A stretch of 64,000 nt of DNA, from contig CAVVIS010000006.1 of the NCBI GenBank assembly GCA_963748345.1, positions 158,908 to 222,907 on the forward strand, given 5' to 3'. This document shows positions 59,014 through 64,000 of the stretch, piece after piece. The first letter of the stretch is position 1. Every line of letters starts with the position of its first letter. The notes under the pieces were generated by a model that saw only the letters and a program-made list of their open reading frames with translations, had not been told where the DNA came from and did no database searches. A program made the position numbers and the translations under genes. Source of the DNA: Blastocatellia bacterium. Lineage in GTDB: Bacteria > Acidobacteriota > Blastocatellia > Pyrinomonadales > Pyrinomonadaceae.

Positions 59014-59292
59014 ATGAGCGCAACCAAGGACAAGAAAAAGAAGAAAAAGAAGAAAACGGCGCTTGTAGTTTGCCGGGATCGCAAAGAGTTTTGGACTACG
59101 CAGGCGCAGTTTTGGCAGTGGGTCAGGGAAGGCGTTGTCACCAAGACCCACGACAGTCCGCTGACCGGCAGCTTCAAGCGCGAACACGAAGAGCTGCTGG
59201 TTTTATTGAGCAATACCGTCTTAAACCTGGCCCATCCGAATCACATGCGAGAGGCGCTGCTGTCTCGCCGAGTAGGGCTGGCAAGAAAGTGA
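59014..59292 (+). CDS. Small hypothetical protein with N-terminal poly-lysine tract
   Basis: Reads MSATKDKKKKKKKKTALVVCRDRKEFWTTQAQFWQWVREGVVTKTHDSPLTG...; protein-like sequence. The overlapping frame (the 5' extension of the Wza-like ORF) is non-protein-like. It ends 8 nt before the Wza-like start. Confidence 0.4.
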   Translation: MSATKDKKKKKKKKTALVVCRDRKEFWTTQAQFWQWVREGVVTKTHDSPLTGSFKREHEELLVLLSNTVLNLAHPNHMREALLSRRVGLARK

Positions 59293-59300
59293 GTCAAGTT

Positions 59301-60344
59301 ATGTGGAAGAGAATTTTTGGCAGCGGCCCTGCGATAAGCATCGCCGCAAGAATCGCGATCTTCGGAACCTGCCTGGCAGTTTCAATTTCCGCGCAACAAC
59401 CCGCGGAAAACAATCCCCCGAAGGAAACGGCTGCGACTGACGCGACTAACAAAACCAGGCCGCAGGTCGCGCCGACAGTGGATGGCGATCGCTACCGCAT
59501 CGGTCCGGGTGACGTGCTCGACATTCGAATTTTCAACCGTGCGAATCTCTCGCGCGAAGCCGTGCGCGTGGAAGGCAACGGCATGATTCGCATGCCTTTG
59601 ATCGACAGCGAGATTCAAGCGGCTTGCAAAACCGAAGGCGAGTTGGCCCAGGAGATTGCCGAGAAGTACAAAAAGTTCTACCGCAATCCGCAGGTCGACG
59701 TTTTTGTTAAGGAGTATCACTCAAAGCCGGTCGCGATTATCGGCGCGGTGAACGAACAAAGCCGGTTTGAGTTGCAACGCCGCGTTCGTTTGCTTGAGCT
59801 TTTGAGTTTTGCCAAAGGGTTGTCGCCAAAGGCCGGCCAGACAATCAACATCGTTCACTCGCCGCCGGCGCTGATGTGCCAGAAGGGTGAACCTGCGACT
59901 GACGACGCCGCGACCGCTTTCTCCAGTTATAAATTGAGCGACACGCTGCAGGGTGACCCGCGAGCCAACCCCTACGTCCAACCGGGCGACATCATCACCA
60001 TTCCGGAAGCGAACCAGATTTACGTGGTCGGGAATGTATATACGCCGCTGACGATTCCGCTTCGGGAGCCCATCACGCTTTCGCGCGCGGTGGCGATGGC
60101 GGGCGGGGTTAGGCAGGACAGCAAGAAAGACAAGGTGAGAATTGTCAGGCAGCAAGCCGGCAGCACCAGCACAGAGATCGTGGTCGATCTAAACGCGATC
60201 GAAAAGAAACAGACTGAAGATATCGCGCTGCTGCCGAACGACATCATTGACGTGCCGGTTTCGGGAAGCAAGGCGTTCCTGCGCACGCTGCTCGGCACCG
60301 TCGCGCCTTCAGTCGCGCAACTTCCCGTCCGAATAGTTCCTTAG
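59301..60344 (+). CDS. Polysaccharide export protein (Wza-like; Poly_export plus SLBB domains)
   Basis: The start is at MWKRIFGSGPAISIAARIAIFGTCLAVSISA (signal). Motifs: YRIGPGDVLDIRIF, VFVKEY and YVQPGDIITIPE. Confidence 0.8.
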   Translation: MWKRIFGSGPAISIAARIAIFGTCLAVSISAQQPAENNPPKETAATDATNKTRPQVAPTVDGDRYRIGPGDVLDIRIFNRANLSREAVRVEGNGMIRMPLIDSEIQAACKTEGELAQEIAEKYKKFYRNPQVDVFVKEYHSKPVAIIGAVNEQSRFELQRRVRLLELLSFAKGLSPKAGQTINIVHSPPALMCQKGEPATDDAATAFSSYKLSDTLQGDPRANPYVQPGDIITIPEANQIYVVGNVYTPLTIPLREPITLSRAVAMAGGVRQDSKKDKVRIVRQQAGSTSTEIVVDLNAIEKKQTEDIALLPNDIIDVPVSGSKAFLRTLLGTVAPSVAQLPVRIVP

Positions 60345-60380
60345 AAAATTGGATTTCGAATTTCGGATTTCGAATTTTTC
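60344..60380. repeat. Left inverted repeat (GATTTCGAATTTCG words) flanking the four-helix-bundle gene
   Basis: GAAAATTGGATTTCGAATTTCGGATTTCGAATTTTTC. Confidence 0.75.
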
Positions 60381-60436
60381 TGGCCACTGCGAATTGGAAA
60401 ATTTGCTGCCCGAGACCGAGTTAGATTCCGACCGTC

Positions 60437-60799
60437 ATGGATAAGTTTGAGTTAGAGAAGAGAACGAAGCGGTTTGCCTTGAAAATAATCGCGTTTGCCG
60501 CCACGCTCCCGCATACCAAAACCGGTTCGATCGTTGAATATCAGTTGGTCAAGGCAGGGACGTCTGTAGGTGCGAACTATCGAGAAGCGAATCGCGCTGA
60601 GTCTCGGGCTGACTTCATTCACAAAATCGCGATTGTCGAAAAAGAGGCTTCCGAGAGCTGCTTTAGGCTTGAAATCTGTGATGAGGCTGACTTGGGGAAC
60701 ATTGAGCAAAGAACATGGCTCTTGCAGGAGTCTCGAGAACTGCTTGCCATTTTTACCAGCGTCGGGAAGAGCACCAAGTCCAACCGTGCAGGTGCATAA
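60437..60799 (+). CDS. Four-helix-bundle protein (23S rRNA intervening-sequence protein family)
   Basis: Reads FELEKRTKRFALKIIAFAATLP...QLVKAGTSVGANYREANRAESRADFIHKIAIVEKEASES, typical of the TIGR02436-type family. Confidence 0.8.
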   Translation: MDKFELEKRTKRFALKIIAFAATLPHTKTGSIVEYQLVKAGTSVGANYREANRAESRADFIHKIAIVEKEASESCFRLEICDEADLGNIEQRTWLLQESRELLAIFTSVGKSTKSNRAGA

Positions 60800-60802
60800 G
60801 AC

Positions 60803-60837
60803 AAAATCCGAAATTCGAAATTCGAATTCCGAAATTC
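60803..60837. repeat. Right inverted repeat flanking the four-helix-bundle gene
   Basis: AAAATCCGAAATTCGAAATTCGAATTCCGAAATTC, an imperfect reverse complement of 60344..60380. Confidence 0.75.
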
Positions 60838-60854
60838 TAACTGTAGGTTAAAAG

Positions 60855-63320
60855 ATGAAACCATCTAGTGAACTAATCAAAACGGAGCCTAGTCTTCCGC
60901 TCGATCGACCTGACTCTGGAAACGGCTCGCACGGCTACAACTACGGCGTCGATCCGAACGCGGAAGCCGAAGTTCATCTGCTTGACTACTGGCGCGCCAT
61001 TCGCAAACGTCTGTGGCTGGTCATTAGTATCGTGGTGCTGGTAACGATGCTGTCCCTCGTCTACGTTGCCCGCAAACCCGACATCTATCAGACCGGCGCT
61101 CGCGTTCAGGTGGACCTGGAAAACAACGCCGCGCTGGTGGGCAAGACGCCTTACGTCTTTGGTCCCACGAATGATCCGGTTTACTTCAACACGCAATTGC
61201 AAATCCTGGTGAGCCCGGGACTAATGCGCCGCGTCGTGAAGACTCTCGACCTCGAGCACAACCCTGACTTCTTCAAAGGAAACTCGACGCAGAAGCGATC
61301 GTCCTGGCAGACGATCAAGGGCATGGCTGGGTTCGGCGGCAAAGATAAACCTGACGCGAACGCGAAACCAAAAGATGAATTGCAGTTGCGCAACACGGTC
61401 GCGGCGGCAACGTCGCATGAAGATCTGGCCGAGGCTAAACGGCTCGCTCCTTTCGTGGGTGCGATCCTCGGTGGTCTCAAGGTTGACCCGGTGAAGGAAA
61501 CACGCGGACTCTACAAAGAGACGCGTCTGATCGACATCAGTTTCACCCACACGGATCCGGAAGTCGCTTCCAAAGTCGTCAATGCAATTGCCGAGACGTA
61601 CGTCTACAACAACCTGGAAAAGAAGAGTGAGACGAATACGACGACGGGCGACTTTTTGCAGAAGCGCATTGCCGAACTGCAACAGCAGATTCGCACGGAC
61701 GAAGAACGACTCGTCAACTATGCAAAAAACCACCAGATAATTTCCCTCGATGAGGGCCAGAATACGGTGGTTGAGCGCCTGAATGCGCTCAACAAACAAC
61801 TCACCGAAGTCCAGGCCGCTCGCATCGACGCGGAAGAAGCGCTCAAGTCAGCCAATCGCCCCGGCGCGGCCCCGGCGCTGGCGGAGGCTGACGCCAGGCT
61901 GGCCAACGAATCCGAAGCAAAAGCTGCCGATTTGCGCCAAAAACGCGCGCAATTGATGGTCGACGCCACCGAGGAAGCGCCGGAAGTGAAAGAGGTCGAT
62001 CAGCAAATTGCCGAGCTGGATCGCCAGGTCAAAGAGATTCGCAATCGCAAGAGCGCGACGTTGCTAACCAACCTCGAGACGGTCTACAGGCAAACACTCG
62101 GTCGGGAGCAGGCGTTGCGCGCGGCCTTTGAAAAACAGCGGGGGGAAACGCTCACGCAAAACGAAGCAGCGATCAACTACCGGATCATTCAGCAGGAAAT
62201 CGTGACTAACAAAACCCTGCTCGATAATTTGCTGCAACGTTCAAAAGAGAACGACGTGATCATGGCCAGCAAGCCAAACAATATTTCGATCATCGATTAC
62301 GCGATTACTCCCGATGGTCCAATTGGGCCAAACCGCGCCCGTACCGTCATCATTGGCCTGTTTCTTTCGTTGGGCCTGGGCGTAGGTCTGGCGTTGCTTT
62401 TGGAATATCTCGACGACACGGTCCATTCAACTGATGAAGTCGAGCGGCTGCTGCACCTGCCGGCGCTCGCCGTCATTCCTTCGGCCCTGGGTAATGGCCG
62501 CCAACGGCGCCGCCTCCTGGCTGGACCGGGTGGTCTGCAAAAGCGGAACGGCAATCCTTCGGAGAATCCGGAGTTGCTGATGAACGTCGACGGTCGCTCG
62601 CCGCTCGCCGAATCATATCGCCACCTGCGAACCTCGGTGCTTCTCTCTACGGCCGGCCGCGCGCCGCGATCGCTTTTGATAACTTCCAGTTTGCCGGGCG
62701 AAGGCAAGACGACGACTGCCGTGAACACTGCCGTCAGTCTCGCCCAGACCGGCGCCAGCGTGGTCATAATTGACGCCGACATGCGACGCCCGCGGCTGCG
62801 TTCGATTTTCGGGTTGTCGGAACGCGGCGGCTTGAGTTCGATTCTGTCGAACGATCTCTCTGAAGAAGAAATCCTCGCGTTGGTTTCAAAGGAAGAGGTC
62901 ACTGGGCTCTACATGTTGACGGCGGGCCCGATACCTCCTAACCCGGCTGAACTGCTGGGCTCCGATCAAATGCGCCGGCTGTTGACGGTGCTGCAGTCGA
63001 AGTTTAATCACGTAGTGGTCGACTCACCGCCAGTCAGTTCGTTTACCGACGGCGTCCTGATTTCTACAATGGTTGACGGCGTCTTGCTGGTGGTGCACGG
63101 CGGTAAGAGTTCTCGTCACGTGGTGAAGCGCTCGCGGCAGTTGTTGCACGATGTGGGCGCGAAGATTTTTGGCGTGGTGCTCAATAACGTCAACTTGCAG
63201 TCGCACGATTATTACTACTACCAACGTTATTACGGCTCGCGCTACTACAAGAACGATGGCGAGGAAGAGGAGCCTGAGACCGCGGTTGCCGCCGCTGGGA
63301 ACGGGCTGAATCTTCATTAG
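60855..63320 (+). CDS. Polysaccharide co-polymerase / tyrosine autokinase (Wzc/GumC-like)
   Basis: N-terminal Wzz-like region with a TM helix (LWLVISIVVLVTMLSLVYV), then a long coiled coil. The kinase has Walker A SSLPGEGKTTTAVN and VVVDSPPV. The C-terminal Tyr cluster is HDYYYYQRYYGSRYYKND. Confidence 0.85.
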   Translation: MKPSSELIKTEPSLPLDRPDSGNGSHGYNYGVDPNAEAEVHLLDYWRAIRKRLWLVISIVVLVTMLSLVYVARKPDIYQTGARVQVDLENNAALVGKTPYVFGPTNDPVYFNTQLQILVSPGLMRRVVKTLDLEHNPDFFKGNSTQKRSSWQTIKGMAGFGGKDKPDANAKPKDELQLRNTVAAATSHEDLAEAKRLAPFVGAILGGLKVDPVKETRGLYKETRLIDISFTHTDPEVASKVVNAIAETYVYNNLEKKSETNTTTGDFLQKRIAELQQQIRTDEERLVNYAKNHQIISLDEGQNTVVERLNALNKQLTEVQAARIDAEEALKSANRPGAAPALAEADARLANESEAKAADLRQKRAQLMVDATEEAPEVKEVDQQIAELDRQVKEIRNRKSATLLTNLETVYRQTLGREQALRAAFEKQRGETLTQNEAAINYRIIQQEIVTNKTLLDNLLQRSKENDVIMASKPNNISIIDYAITPDGPIGPNRARTVIIGLFLSLGLGVGLALLLEYLDDTVHSTDEVERLLHLPALAVIPSALGNGRQRRRLLAGPGGLQKRNGNPSENPELLMNVDGRSPLAESYRHLRTSVLLSTAGRAPRSLLITSSLPGEGKTTTAVNTAVSLAQTGASVVIIDADMRRPRLRSIFGLSERGGLSSILSNDLSEEEILALVSKEEVTGLYMLTAGPIPPNPAELLGSDQMRRLLTVLQSKFNHVVVDSPPVSSFTDGVLISTMVDGVLLVVHGGKSSRHVVKRSRQLLHDVGAKIFGVVLNNVNLQSHDYYYYQRYYGSRYYKNDGEEEEPETAVAAAGNGLNLH

Positions 63321-63337
63321 TGGATTAGGATTCTGGT

Positions 63338-63562
63338 ATGAAGTTAATTGACCTTCCTGAAGTTCAGAAATTACCGGTTCTAGAAAAGTTGCGTTTGGTC
63401 GACGAGCTTTGGCTCTCAATGACGCCGGAGTTGGATCTGCTTGAAGTCTCTCAAGAGGAAAAAGAGATGTTAGACAAGCGTTGGGCAACGTTCTTGAGCG
63501 ATCCCGACTCGGCGCTCACGCTAGAGGAGTTTCAGGAGAGAATGAAAACGCCTGAAGCATGA
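63338..63562 (+). CDS. Putative addiction-module antitoxin component
   Basis: 74 aa reading LPVLEKLRLVDELWLSM...EEKEMLDKRWATFLSDPDSALTLEEF. It overlaps the toxin start by 4 nt. Confidence 0.65.
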   Translation: MKLIDLPEVQKLPVLEKLRLVDELWLSMTPELDLLEVSQEEKEMLDKRWATFLSDPDSALTLEEFQERMKTPEA

Positions 63563-63873
63563 GCGACCTCCGCCTCCTACCCGAGGTCTTAGATGACACG
63601 GCTAAAGCTGCCCGGTGGTACGACGAGGAAGGGCACGAAGGTTTGGGAGATCGCTTTGTAAGCGTCTTCTATTCTTACCTGGAATGTATCCAGCAATACG
63701 GCGAGGCGTATCGGCCTGTCTACGACGACTTCCGCAGGATATTGCTTTATCCATTTCCGTACGCGATCTATTACCGCTACTACGACAACTGGGTGGTGGT
63801 CTCACTGCTAATCCATGCGGCGCGAAGCCCTCAACTGGTGAGGCGGCTGCTGCGAGATAGAAAAGCTAACTAG
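63559..63873 (+). CDS. Type II toxin, ParE/RelE superfamily
   Basis: 104 aa reading ...AARWYDEEGHEGLGDRFVSVFYSYLECIQQYGEAYRPVYDDFRRILLYPFPYAIYYRY..NWVVVSLLIHAARSP. Confidence 0.65.
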   Translation: MSDLRLLPEVLDDTAKAARWYDEEGHEGLGDRFVSVFYSYLECIQQYGEAYRPVYDDFRRILLYPFPYAIYYRYYDNWVVVSLLIHAARSPQLVRRLLRDRKAN

Positions 63874-63874
63874 G

Positions 63875-64000
63875 ATGCAATCAGCGATCGGCAAACCGCA
63901 GCCGGCTGCGAATATTTTGCCAACGTTATTCATTGATCCGCCAACCGGTTGGACGTCAATCGGGCTTCGTGAGTTATGGAATTACCGCGAGTTGCTCTAC
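63875..64000 (+). CDS. ABC-2 type polysaccharide/O-antigen exporter permease (Wzm/KpsM-like), N-terminal fragment running off the window
   Basis: Manual translation gives MQSAIGKPQPAANILPTLFIDPPTGWTSIGLRELWNYRELLY. The LRELW.YRELL motif is typical of ABC-2 permease N-termini. Confidence 0.5.
   Translation, partial: MQSAIGKPQPAANILPTLFIDPPTGWTSIGLRELWNYRELLY

Noticed and set aside
58941-59300. 120-codon N-terminal extension of the Wza-like ORF
   Set aside because: The translation (MLVRTGSVSDRLIGSTAGSQ...QEKEEKEENG...) partly reads through a family F repeat and is not protein-like. A canonical signal peptide starts at the Met at 59301.

Overview
This is a 64-kb chromosomal window from a high-GC Gram-negative bacterium. 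Gene content and repeat-derived peptide motifs resemble Acidobacteriota, but the taxonomy is unverified. About 48 protein-coding genes are supported.

Housekeeping blocks:
- A pdhA-pdhB-E2 pyruvate dehydrogenase operon.
- ETF-ubiquinone oxidoreductase.
- The conserved yicC-gmk-rpoZ trio.
- An MsbA-like ABC exporter, mutS, gmhA, tsaC and nagZ.

Signalling genes:
- A TM/HD-GYP/GAF/GGDEF protein.
- An OmpR-type response regulator.
- A histidine kinase and a sigma54 activator flanking a small secreted protein.
- A LuxR-type regulator.

Other blocks:
- Two ParE/RelE-type toxin-antitoxin pairs.
- An exopolysaccharide export locus (Wza-like, Wzc-like, Wzm-like).
- A large redox locus at about 32-52.6 kb. 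It holds a cNMP/Fe-S/putative di-heme-b membrane protein, an FHA-fused heptaheme cytochrome, a tetraheme c3-like protein, two nonaheme cytochromes built from c7-type units, a giant multiheme protein fused to an LVIVD propeller, an outer-membrane barrel and a secreted tandem GlcG/HbpS-like protein.

Intergenic DNA is saturated with at least ten families of palindromic, often nested repeats. Some of these overlap gene termini, and one sits in-frame inside mutS.

At least 12 otherwise conserved genes are split by frame changes. These are most simply explained as homopolymer indel errors.

No rRNA, tRNA, CRISPR array, transposase or integrase was recognised.
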